Below, one piece after another: positions 13,281 through 25,400 of a DNA stretch of 64,000 nucleotides. Location: the NCBI RefSeq assembly GCF_964204865.1, contig NC_135252.1, positions 15,314,001-15,378,000 of the forward strand, written 5' to 3'. Numbering within the stretch: position 1 is the stretch's first letter; every line of letters starts with the position of its first letter. The notes beneath the pieces were generated by a model, which worked only from the letters and a program-made list of their open reading frames with translations, was not told the DNA's origin and did no database searches. The translations under genes were made by a program, and so were the position numbers. The DNA is from Styela clava (Eukaryota).

Positions 13281-16175
13281 TGTCGGGTATGAAATTAGTT
13301 AGCCAGTTTTTTGCTTCAGATGCATGAACTTGACAAAAACAAAATTTAAACTGCTCTATCATCTAATTCTAATGAATGGAGATCTAATGATAGTCGAAAG
13401 GTTACCGACTTCTCCGATAGCTATTAAAATTTGTACCCTTTAGATGGGCTAGTGAGTGAGATCTACGCCTATAAGATGATGGGTGGATATTTATCATCAA
13501 ATTGTGATTCCAACACGACTTTTGGATAGGATGTACGCGCAAACTGATGCTTTTTCGGCCTACGTTTAGTAATGCAAACAATTGAGTGCGGCGAACGATT
13601 AGCGTCGTTTGTTTTCCAGGAAATTTTTGGCATGGGAAACTAGAATCATTGCCACATTCAAGAGTTATCATTAATGATCTTCGCAATCTTCTAGTAACTA
13701 GTTGATTGTCAACTGCGTACCCTATGTGAAAACCCGAAAACTTAACTAATATTGGGGTGCGCCAATTCAGCGATTCGATATTTGTTCTTAACGTGTCGAC
13801 GAATATGCGAAAATTTTTTGTTTTTAATTGACTTGACCACATAGTAGAAATATTATTTTTTTAAATTGCTGAAAGGAATAACGGGTGGATGTCCTAAGTA
13901 CGTATTACCATGGCAAGTCGCGCAATACCCCAGTTTATTAAAAGATGACGTTCAGAATTGATGAAATGCCAGGGAAATTCGAAATTCAGGCTGGCCCTAT
14001 TATATCTCTACGTAAACAAAAAACTTCATGTTCTCGATGCAAATTAGATCATCGCCCGCTGGTACATCGCTCTGAGTGACTTTGTACCGCCGATGATGTT
14101 TACGAAACAGTCGGGTAATTTCGTTTTCTTCTTGCATATTGTTTTTGGGTCCCAGTTAGGAACGAAATAGTCCATGTCGAGGTGAGTTACAGTGTCGATT
14201 CTACGTAGTTTAATACCTAATTATTTTGAGATTGTCACACACTATCGAAATGAATTGATTTCCTGGTAATTTATTTTTCTTATTTTGCAAATAATCATTT
14301 TTCGTATAAACACAACTGTTTTGATAGATTGTTTATTTTCATTTTTAAGTATTGTTTGATCAAAATATATTGGTAGACTAGAATTCATTTGCACGTCAAT
14401 TGTTGTGAATGATATCGACGACGATTGGCAGATGAACATCGTTTACGAATTGTAATGTTTATTAATCAAATGACTGTTTTAATTGCCGCTCCCCATATAC
14501 TTTATCGTTGAACGTTTTATATTTGTATTTTCGTTGTGCGCAAAATAGAGTCAACAACAGAATTTTATATTTCCCGCCAATCTATGTAATATAGAGAAGT
14601 TGAAATTCGCACACAACCAACAAACATCGGCGTCCGCTTAGTTGTAGCTCGGATTTCCGTTCGTTGCCAAATCACGCTGGCGCGAATACCCGCCAATAAT
14701 TACATTCGATGTGGGCCCTACGGGCCGATATTTACTTGAATATTTTGACTAGGAATTAACTGTATTAATGAGCTCTTGTTCCCTTTTGAAATGGTTTTCG
14801 AATTTATCATATTATTTCCACATGCATTGCATCGTGGCCTGGACGATTGACTTGCGCACGGTTAATAACACGGCAGTGCGTTTCCTATTGGATTTCCGGT
14901 AATTACGGCGCACAGTGTTGAATGACGTAAGAGCGTAAAATTCAAAGATCTTGGACTTGAGGGAATTTGGCACGCGGCGTTATAAAGCCACGCCTAAATG
15001 TGTTGCAGATATTGAATGTTTTTATTCCGAATTCGAAGACGTCGTGATCTCGACAGACGCTTATAAGGGAAATCATAGTTGGCGTCCGTACTCGGGGACA
15101 GGATGCATGAGCCATCAATTTCAGGGGTGGCTTATTTTTTCATATCATGACGTGCATGTAGGGCACTTATCTCTTCAATAAATATCATGCAACAATCAAA
15201 CATTTCACATTATTCAATTTGCAACAGCTCATTGCAGAATGCAACACGAAAGAAGTCAGATAGCGCTTATCGTCTATGATTTTATACAGTGTTAAATTAT
15301 GTCAATTACCATAGCATACAAGAAGCTGTATAATTTGAGTTATACTGCAAGTAAAAATAATAAAAACAAAATATGTGCGGCAGTAAGGGAAGCACCGTTC
15401 AACAATTCCAAACTTTTATGAAATTACAAGTTAGTCTGGCTCGCAATGAGGATGGTCTATAAATTGAACATATTTATTTATGTATCTCCAAAACGTAATA
15501 AAAGTGTTTTTTTATTTATTTTATATCAAAAATTCATTTTTCAAAAGTCAAAAATTTAAATCATTTTCACGATCAAAATGGGCTACTATTGTCTATTCGC
15601 AATTATTGAGTGAGATTCATAATAATATTTTTTCAATGGCTTCAACGTAAAACAAATACAGAAGACTGTTATTTTGATAAGTGCGCCGGCACAAAACAAC
15701 TATCGTCGCGCGCTACTGTTGAGCGGCAACCATTTGCACTGACGAGGAACTGTCGTTGTTTACCGCCACACTAACAGAAGACCTTTCGCTTATAAATTAA
15801 AAACATCTCAATATGCCAATTCACATGTTGCTGCTTAGCTGTGGTAATGGTATAATAAACATATCTTTTAAGATATCTACCGCAGAGTTGAGCTTTGCCA
15901 TAAACGTATTAGGAATTGAATTAGTACTGTAACCGTACGGTAGTAGTTGTAGAACTAAAGTTCAGACAGAAAGCAAATGTGGAGGAATAAAAGTAGATTA
16001 CCAAAATTAGACGGTTCAAATTAGTGATGACGTTCGTTAACGGTACAAGACGCATTTCGACTCGAAAAAATCAGACGGTAAGATTTTTACTAACGTTTTT
16101 CTCACATTGTCATCAACAATTCTTTTGAAATTCGACAACACTTTTAAAGCCATCGCATTAAAAAATACACTAGAT

Positions 16176-16402
16176 TAGGGTGACCATATTTGAAAAAGCA
16201 AAATTCCGGACAGTGCATGACCGCGTAGTGAAAAATATGCGCATGGTACGAAATAACAATGTTCCGTATCAGCAGTGTGCACAGTACGATTGCATTTGCA
16301 GTAAAATTCCGGATTCCGGACATTTGAGCATTTTTTAAACTCCTCCCGGACGCAAAATTTAACCCTAAATTCCGGACATGTCCGGACGGTATGGCAACCC
16401 TA
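16176..16402. mobile_element. hAT (Blackjack-like) MITE
   Basis: TIR TAGGGTGACCATA / TATGGCAACCCTA, perfect 8-bp TSD CACTAGAT, internal TCCGGAC repeats. Confidence 0.9.
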
Positions 16403-16777
16403 CACTAGATTATATTTTCGTTATGTTCGTTTTTCATTACGAAGTACACCCTGGTTTCTCCAACTCCGCGTTAATAGGAATATAACGGCTTTAATTTTAT
16501 GCAAACGTGAAAACTGGGAAAATTACAGTGTTTGTCTTTTCTATTTAGTTTTATGTAAGTTAACCAAATCAAACTTTAATATGTTTTAAATAAATTCGCA
16601 ATTCAGTTTCAAAATAGGCATGAAAATGAATCGATGGGGCAGGCTGGCTAAGTTTATTCGTGTAATAATAATATCCTTGTTATGAAGCCTGTATATCGCA
16701 TACTGAATTTACCATTTGTCGATTAGGAGTCTCTAATAAACTAAATCAGAAGTTGACGAAGAGTGCGGAACTGAATC

Positions 16778-16881
16778 GTCGTCAAGAAATTAGTAACTGA
16801 ACATCCATACTATGCGAGTTATAAATGTTGTCGTCAAGAAATTAGTAACTGAACATCCATACTATGCGAGTTATAAATGTT
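16778..16881. repeat. Perfect 52-bp tandem duplication
   Basis: gtcgtcaagaaattagtaactgaacatccatactatgcgagttataaatgtt occurs twice. Confidence 0.9.
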
Positions 16882-18054
16882 CTATCCGCCAGATCAAAAT
16901 CCTGGGACAGTCGATGATCACTTCTACAGATAAGCAAAATGATATAAAGTGGACGCGCAAATGACCTCTCCGATATATAACGGACCTACGCTGGCCATAA
17001 ATATTAATTCGTTTATTCAGAAAGTACGGGTGTCAGACACCTAAGTGTTATGCCGACTGATTCATGTAACACCTACCCAGTGCGCGCTTTTCTTTCTAAC
17101 AGCATTCATTCTAAATAATCGGATGATTTGTAAAATGAAATCTGCCCCTCAGAAGTTTACTAGTGAGTAACGGGTTAACCATACCACCCGACCTTTCTAC
17201 GCGTTTGTAATCATTGCTGGCCAGGACTTCGCGGAGTATTCTGGTAACATCATGAAACTGCCGTACATGTGCCGGCGAAAGTGTATTGAAACTACGCACC
17301 TACACATGAACTGCGGTTCCAATCTTATTGTGGCCAACCGACACTATACAAAGAGTTGAATATTTTTAAAAACTGCGTTGTGAGGACTACATACTATCAA
17401 AATATACCGAACTATAAAGCTATTGATTAGTGAATAACTTGCGAAATGCTGAGGGCATGTGTCCGTTCATATGATCACCTATGAGCTGTTCAGATAATAA
17501 AATATTTCCTCCAATAATAATTGAAACTTCATTTTGTTTCGAGAAATCTTTAATTATAGATTCTTTAGGCTGCAAAATTCCAAATACCTGGGCAAAAGTA
17601 GTTAAATAGGAAAAGACAAATAACTCCAGAAACAATAGAAAATTAAAACAAAAGATTTTTCAAGTTATTGTTCTTAATTCTATTGTAGAAAGAACAATTG
17701 TAGTAAAAATTGACACGGTGGCCTTTTGATTACCAGATGAACAGTACCAGACAGGAATCTGAGTACAATAGTACGATCGTCCCACCTTGGTAAAGTATAA
17801 AGAAAATACAATCCACAGTACATAGCAAGGCTATTGTGCGTGCAAATCAACTTTTCCGAATTGGTGAAATTGAGACTAGGGTGTTAGGTCAAACAAAGAC
17901 CGAAAATATTTTAACATCCGATTCATTAAAAATCAAAAGAATCCACAAGTCGTTAGTAGTCCTTCATTTCAGTCAATAAGAGTTAAATGTTGAACCTAGT
18001 TACTTGCAGTGCAGGTAGAAGAAAGTATTGCAGCCTGATGGAAATGGAACAAGC

Positions 18055-19397
18055 TTAAAGTCCAAGCTTTGTTCTCCTCCAGTGACGCCTTTTAGCATTG
18101 TATCTGAAATTCATAAATATGCGTGTTAAAGTTAAATTGTAAGAGATATAAGTGAGTCCGGGAGAATCATGTTATGAAATGGAATGAAAATATTAATTGG
18201 AAGTTTGGTGTACACATGTACGATAAAAGCTTCAAAATCAGATACGCTGTCAGCAAACTATATTGGAGATCATTCAACTGATGATGATGAATCATATTCG
18301 AACTATGCAAATTCACAATATAAAACAATTTTTTTCAGTTACCATGTTATAGTGAATTTAGGTCATGTTCCTCTATTAATCTGGCCTGCAGCATTATTAA
18401 AACCATACAGTTTTTACTCATAAATCAGTAAATAGGTATGCAATAATTTCTATAAGGGTCCATATTTTTCCCTGTTACTTGGGAAGAGTATAGAGTTAAT
18501 TTGAGTATTTGAGTGTAGCCAACAATGATTAAACTTTGTTATGAATGACCAAGCATGGAAAATATCCTGCTATAATCGAGCAATGAAGCTAAGACAAAAA
18601 GCTTTCTCCGTCTAGCAAAACTCGTGTTGTAGGTGAGCCTAGTGTCAGAGTGTAAAATATGCGGTACTGTAACTACATGTCACCCATTTTTATATGATAG
18701 ATGAAAGGCTGGTTGGCATAATATTCTCGAATAAAAAATCTAGCCTACAGAATACGAGAATGTGATAAGACATAATTTGTTCAGAAATGAATAAGATTTC
18801 ACTAATTGCAGGGTTTGGGGGGCGAAGAGTCACCTTGCAATGAAAGAACAAAAGTTCAATTTGGATTTACGATATGACTTTATGAGTGACAGAGCGATGG
18901 TATCGCAGATCAGTAAACTAGCTTCTACTTTTTAGTACGATACAAGTTATTTCCACCCCTAGTATTACATTTGTATACACAAATATAGATGGAACAATGT
19001 CAGAAGGTACAGGGACCGTAAAACAGTAAGTTCTGAAATTTATTCCAGTATTGATTGTGTCCAGTGTCCTCACCTTATTTTGTTGCCAGTCTTCATCCTC
19101 ACCCATTGCGGGATTGGTCTGTTCTGGTTTTGCTTCTTAGCCAAATGTTTCTTGATCTTGAACGATTTGTTCGCCGACTGTAATCAGAGAAACATTCTTA
19201 GCAAATTGAAGCTGCCTGGGAAAATTCTATCATATCCACTTTAATCGAGCGTAATGACATTTCTCGTAATCTAATGTTAGTTTTAAAGCAACTACTAGTT
19301 TATATACTATTTTCACAAATATTCTTTTCATCTTCTAACGAAGTAAAATCGGCGAGAATTAAAATAAAATAAGCCAGGGCATAGCTGCACTAACCAT
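18055..19397 (-). CDS. RPL39: 60S ribosomal protein L39
   Basis: Exons 19397-19395 (ATG only), 19177-19074 and 18103-18055 give [51 protein letters not shown] (51 aa). All splice sites are GT-AG. Confidence 0.97.
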
Positions 19398-19413
19398 TTT
19401 GCCGTCCTGGTGT

Positions 19414-19421
19414 AAAGAGAG
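19414..19421 (-). promoter_or_regulatory. TCT/5'TOP initiator of RPL39
   Basis: CTCTCTTT on the minus strand ~20 nt upstream of the RPL39 ATG, typical of ribosomal protein promoters. Confidence 0.75.
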
Positions 19422-20959
19422 CGTCGCTGAAGCGCGTCCTGTCTTCGGCAGATATATTTTGCAACAGCGCAAGCACGCGGCCGATGTTATGTGTTTGCAT
19501 CATCCGGTGGGTATCGCTAGAGATACTTCAAAAAAATCCGTTGTAATTTAACTTTTTTTGACGTCCCACATATTCAAAAATTGAAACAAAATCATCAACT
19601 CTCAAGTACGATTGTATTTTTTGCATTTAAGTTTAAAGCAGATCTCCAACTTTGTTTCGAGTCCAAAATAAATACGAAACTCTTTTCTAAATTTTGTCGA
19701 GTCTTCTGCAATTTGCGACTTGATCTCAATCAATTTCAAGTTACAAGTAAGATAGTTATGTAATAGAATTCTCTAGATAAAACCAAACTAAACAATGTAT
19801 TGATTTGTCCCAGCACCGCGCCGGGAGCTACTGCCTATTCAGACGATGTCGGCGGAGTTGCAATTTTGGTCTGTAAATTACTGCGAATCAAAAAGCAGAA
19901 AATTTCCATTGCAACAAAACATCTATAAATTGTTAGCTCGCGGGGTTTAAGCAATCGCTGATGTCTCATCAGTCACTATTATATATAGTTCCTGGATCTA
20001 GATTCTTGTGTTTGCTATAAATAATACTCAAGGGTTATTTTAAATCAGCGAAATTAGTGCCAATTTCTTTCGATAGACTCACTTCAGGGTGGATGAATGT
20101 TAGGTTAGTTCAATAATGAATAAAAAAAATATATTTACCAGATTCATATTTTTATTGTGAGTACTTTCCGACAACATAGTCGAGCGACGTACCAACCGTC
20201 AATAAGTGCTTATACAACGTAATCATTAATTCAAACAGTCATAGATTTGATGAATCACCGCGATTGTGATGAAAATATTTCAATACTTTTCTAAAGTGCG
20301 TTATTTGGAATGTATTTGGTTTGGAATATTCTATCGTATTTGCGAATTTTTATTGTTTTATACTTCTAAATGTAGCAAATTACCATAGCAAAAATAAGTT
20401 TCGTAATTTTTTGCATAGCGAGATGTCAAAAATGAAAAACTAATATGAGTGTTAGGACACTGCTTTTTGAAATTAGGCCTATATCCTTCAGTCAATGCGC
20501 GCAGGATTAGTTCATGTTCTTAATATACACTCCAGTTTCTTTCTAATCGTTACTATGCTCGTTATTATATGTTTTTGCCGATAAGTATAATACATTCTTT
20601 TCGTTGTGATATATATTTGAGCTACAATATCGAAAGTTATGTGGAATAAAATTATTCTGTTGTTATTAAAAAATGTAAATTCAGATTATTAGATTTGACT
20701 CATTGTGAGTACTCAATGCATTGCATATATAATGCGATACATTATTGTGAGTGACAAAAATCCATTTTTAGTAATATGGCCGAGTATGCAACAAACATGG
20801 TATGGTATCAATACTACGGCTTCATGGCAAAGGTCTTCGCTAATTCGGTAGACAGGATAGTTACGGTCGAATTCATTTCTCTCTAACTCGGTTCGAGAGA
20901 GGTCCTTGTGCCTCAAGTTCCCATTGAAATGCGATAACACCTGCCGACAAAAACAATAC

Positions 20960-21060
20960 CGTCAACCAATGGCGTTGAAGAACGGGTGTCACGTGGTGGT
21001 TGCCCGGAAATTTTAAAATGCGCTATTCGAATTTAAATGCCCTATCTGTGTTTACTTTTT
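20960..21060 (+). promoter_or_regulatory. Candidate FoxN1/4 proximal promoter (CCAAT, E-box, RFX X-box-like)
   Basis: CCAAT ~20966, CACGTG ~20990 and GTTGCCCGGAAAT 20999-21011. A splice acceptor precedes the ATG exon at ~22452. Confidence 0.3.
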
Positions 21061-21543
21061 ATACGTTCTCTGCACATGTTGAGTCTTGTCTGAGAGCGAT
21101 TAAAAGTAACGAACAAGATGAATATGTAACGAGAAACCGATTTCATAAAAAAAGAAAAAGTCCCTCACACAAATACTCACAGTTACTATTTCAAAAACAT
21201 CCTGGTTCTAAAGCCTGTACTAATTGTGTTCAGTGTACTATTGGCATGAAGTCAGCATTGGTTTATCTGCCAGGTGTTCGTTTTTGAACAATTGATTATT
21301 TTGGTTGAAAATATAATATGTAGAAAACAAATTATGGCCAAATTTAAACTGGACCTATAAATCTAAAATGTACATGACACTATGAAAGAATATTAAAAAC
21401 TTATACCAGTTCAGGGCAGTGGAATATATTAGATTACTGAAAGAACTTTTTGAGTCATTGACAAAAGCTTATTAGCAAAATATATTTAATAAGTTTTGGT
21501 AAAGATTAGGCAAATACTGTTTTTAAAAGCTGTGATAGAAATC

Positions 21544-21660
21544 GGCACGATGGCCAGGTGGTTAAAGCATTAGGGGATGGACTTATCTATGTTAAATATG
21601 ACAAATACAAGTTAAAAATCTAAATTCAAATCCCACGTCCAAGACCTCACCTGGGGTTCA
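21544..21660 (+). repeat. Degenerate tRNA-derived (SINE-like) head
   Basis: A-box-like GGCACGATGGCCAGGTGGTTAAAGCA and B-box-like TTCAAATCCC, with no intact cloverleaf. Confidence 0.4.
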
Positions 21661-22013
21661 ATAACTTGATTATGCAATGCCAAAAGATTACACTTTTGTC
21701 TAACTATAGTTGATCTTTGCCGAGTAGTAGCTGCTTGTATAGAGCCTTGTTCAGAGTGGAAGATTTATTAATATGTCTCATATAAAAAGGGTATAAAAAT
21801 CAGAACAAGATGCATAAATATGAAAAAATTCCCTCCTCTATCCTGTAGTAATATGCCAAGATTTAACTTGACAATGTAATGTGGACTAAACCTCTGATAT
21901 GAGGTAACTAATGAGATATGAGATATCTATAACATCTAGCATATTCAGAACGTAAATGAGGAAGGAATTTTCAAAAACGTGATATCATATAAAAGAAAGC
22001 CTAATGTCATAAT

Positions 22014-22199
22014 CAGTGTTCTAAACCACAAGTCATGAGTTAAGCCACAGGCCATCCGAGTCTTGTGTCAAGTCTCGAAGTTAAGTCAGTCACTCAATTA
22101 AGTCTCACTGAGGGTAGTTGAGTACGATTCGGAGTCACTTTGAGTCTTTGATAAATTGTGATTCAAGGCGAGTCATTGAACTGAGCCTTCCCAACACTG
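22014..22199. mobile_element. hAT-like MITE
   Basis: CAGTGTT...AACACTG termini, TSD GTCATAAT/GTCATATT (7 of 8 match), internal GAGTC/AAGTC repeats. Confidence 0.7.
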
Positions 22200-22482
22200 G
22201 TCATATTATATAAAATTAACATCACAATTCTCTTTGATGAGAGGCAGGCGGCATTGGCAAATTTTCTTGAAGATACACCTGTGTAAATATTCAATCTCAT
22301 TAAGCACAAATTGAATTCATTAACATTATATTTACTTATTTCATAGCTATATTAGGTTTAAATTTGAGTCCCGATAAATTTATCTCATCATTGAGTAATA
22401 GTGTATCTATGGCCAAAACAAACTTGCTGAAAATTCGTTTTTTTGCAACTAGTTGAAAACTGATCTCAAATAAAGTTGAGAT

Positions 22483-25400
22483 ATGGATTTTGATGAGCCA
22501 GACTTAGAAGAACTTATTCAAAATGACCTCAGAAGCGAAATGAACAAAATTTTAAGCCAATCAGAAGTTGATGAAATAGAAGCTGCTGCTTCACATGGAG
22601 TTGTTGATCATGATGCAAGACATTCACCTCATGAGATTTTTCCATCTTCAAGGTTAGAGAACTAAGTGTTGTATGCACTTCAGAAATTTCGATCTGTGAC
22701 ATCGCTTGTTTGAAACGGGGTCCAAATTTAAACTGCTTATAATATATGCTTGATCGGGCTTTAGAATATTGCCAACCGTAATCTTTCCATTAGCTCATTG
22801 AGTGAATAACATCTCTAGCTGATAGAGAAGAATTTTGATGACGTTCAATTTTAAATATTATTTTTCTGATCTATTTTAACTTTAAATAATTGAAAATTAT
22901 CAAATATTTGCAGAATTATGCATCATGGTTATCGGAGGGATTTTCCAATCAAAGCTGAACCATGTGAAAGAAATTTAGAAGAGGTAATCAATAGTTCTCA
23001 GCAAAAGTTCTCACCAAAGATATAAATATACTTGATTATCATTAATCGTAAGCATAATAGGCTATATAACGACATATCCGTCTAAGATAAAATATTTATA
23101 AAATGTTATTTTGACTATCTAGTAATATTTTATTCCTGTTTCTAGTCTCAAGCTGTTCATGGAGAGTTTGATGTTATGGAATCTTCATTACTTCAAGAGC
23201 TCCAAAGTCAACACAGCCCGTTGCCTCGAGGCCATCACGAAATCAGGTCAGTAAGGAATATCTCTATCTTTGAATACTTAATTTAAAATTATAAATTGGT
23301 ACTTTATACTTTATTACCAGTCTTCAAGAATCCAAATTTATGGAGAAATCCACACATTAAATTACTATTGAGAGTGTTTAACTTGAAGAAGAAAAAAAAA
23401 TTTTTCAGCTCGAAATCATTGAATTTTGTAAAAAAATGTTGCATCTAATATGGAATTGATTATATTAACTTACCCATAAACCTTTACTGAAAAGAAATAC
23501 AGTACTTTTTACCAAAATATCTTTTCATTCTAGTGGCCATTTCTCTGTGGGAAGCTATGCAGATTTCACTGGAGAATTAGGACATTATCCCGCTGAGGTG
23601 ACAGAACACAGTGATTTATCTAGTCTCACTTGGTTAACAACTGTAGATGTACAGGTTTGTTTTCGACTAATGTGGTCAATTCATCTGAACATCAATCATT
23701 TTAATCTTTTTCATGGGATAGTATATTTCAAATAGTAACAACTACCTAAATTTGTCATCCCACTTCCATTAGTATTTTATTATAACTTAACATTAACTTC
23801 ATTGCTTTTGATGATCCTAAATATGTTTACTATCCATGCTTTATTATACAGGCTCTTCAGAAACTCACAGAGCAAGGAAGGGTGATCGCATCATCTTCTA
23901 TGCCTGGTATTCAACAACATTCTTCAGTTCAACAAGGTTTTTCTCAAGCACAAGGTATGTTTCCTGTATTTTGGGCCTTGCGATCCTGAGGAATTGAAAC
24001 TTATGAAAATACTGAAATTTATTTCCAGGTATTCCAGAGCACAGATCGGTTATACAGATGGTGCCCGCAGCTTCGAATATTCGAATGCCTACAGAAACCT
24101 CTAACATTCAACATCAAATACCTCAAACAACAATAACATCAGCACCAATTCCAAGTCCAGAAGCCGCAGCACAGATGCCAGAAACGTCGTCATCAAGATA
24201 TGCAGCAATACAACCACATATCAGCCAAGAAGGAAGAAGATTTTGTAAGTTCATTATAATACAACATAAGTATACACCATGTAGCACGATGTATGAGACT
24301 AAATATCTTAAGATATACATTTTAAATGTATGTGATTGACTTTTATACTATAGTGCAATCTCACGATAGATTTTGACATTGATAAACATCCTCTTATTTT
24401 ACAGTGGCTCAACAAAGATATCATCTCAATGCTCATCCTTCAGGTGGTCCAATTGGAAGACATTCTTTTGAAAGTGGTCATATAGGACCTAGGAGATATG
24501 TACCAGGAGCGGTGGTGGGGCATCACCCATATCCCCCTCCTCCTTATGCCAATGGTACACCGAGGCCTGGTTTTCTTCACAGTGGTCTGATGCATTCTCG
24601 ATTTCATCCACACCATGGGCAACCACAAAAAGTTTACCCGAAGCCAGTATATTCATATAGGTGAGTGAGGTTCTCAAAACAATGCTTATTAAAAATCTAA
24701 GTACTACAACTCCCAACGTTTTAAATCATGATCAAGTGCAAAATGGAAAAGTTTGATCTATTATTAATATTACTTGAAGTGGTACTCAACTAAGTTATAT
24801 TAATAAATTCAAAACAAAAATTACCGTAGTCAATAAAAACGTATCCATAAAATTAATAATTAAAAAAATATTAATTAAAAATTAAAATAATAATACCATA
24901 TGAAAATCTGAACTAAATTACTTATTGAAAGCAACAAATAAGATAGACATCCAATCAATGGTTGGAATATGATCCAAAATTAAAATTTGAAACAAATGAA
25001 TGTTACACAATGCTGTTGGATGAATGTTACACAATTTTGATATTTTGTCCACCTGGTTATTTTACCAACTAAATTATTTCTACACGACTCTGAAACCAAT
25101 CCCCATCTGTCTCTAACATACTCTATTTCATCTGGTATTGTTAAACTCCAGGGTTCAATTTTCAGACCTTCATTTTTCATCAATACCAATCCTGCCAATC
25201 TTGTATGTAATTTGATGATATTTACGCTGACGAAACAACTTCGAATTTGCTAAACCTCTGAAAATAGACTCTTCCATTAAAAAGTACTAAATAGTGTTTA
25301 ATTATTCTTTTTGACGACTGAATAATTTACTTTTCAGTTGCCTAATAGCCATGGCTCTGTACAACAGTAAAACTGGCTGTTTACCTGTTTCTGATATCTA

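Noticed and set aside
13402-13842. 146-aa minus-strand ORF
   Set aside because: No recognisable domain, biased composition, and no supporting splice partners.
16900-17830. Possible small spliced gene downstream of RPL39 (ORFs 17111-17299 and 17420-17635)
   Set aside because: I could not assemble a phase-consistent exon chain or recognise homology.
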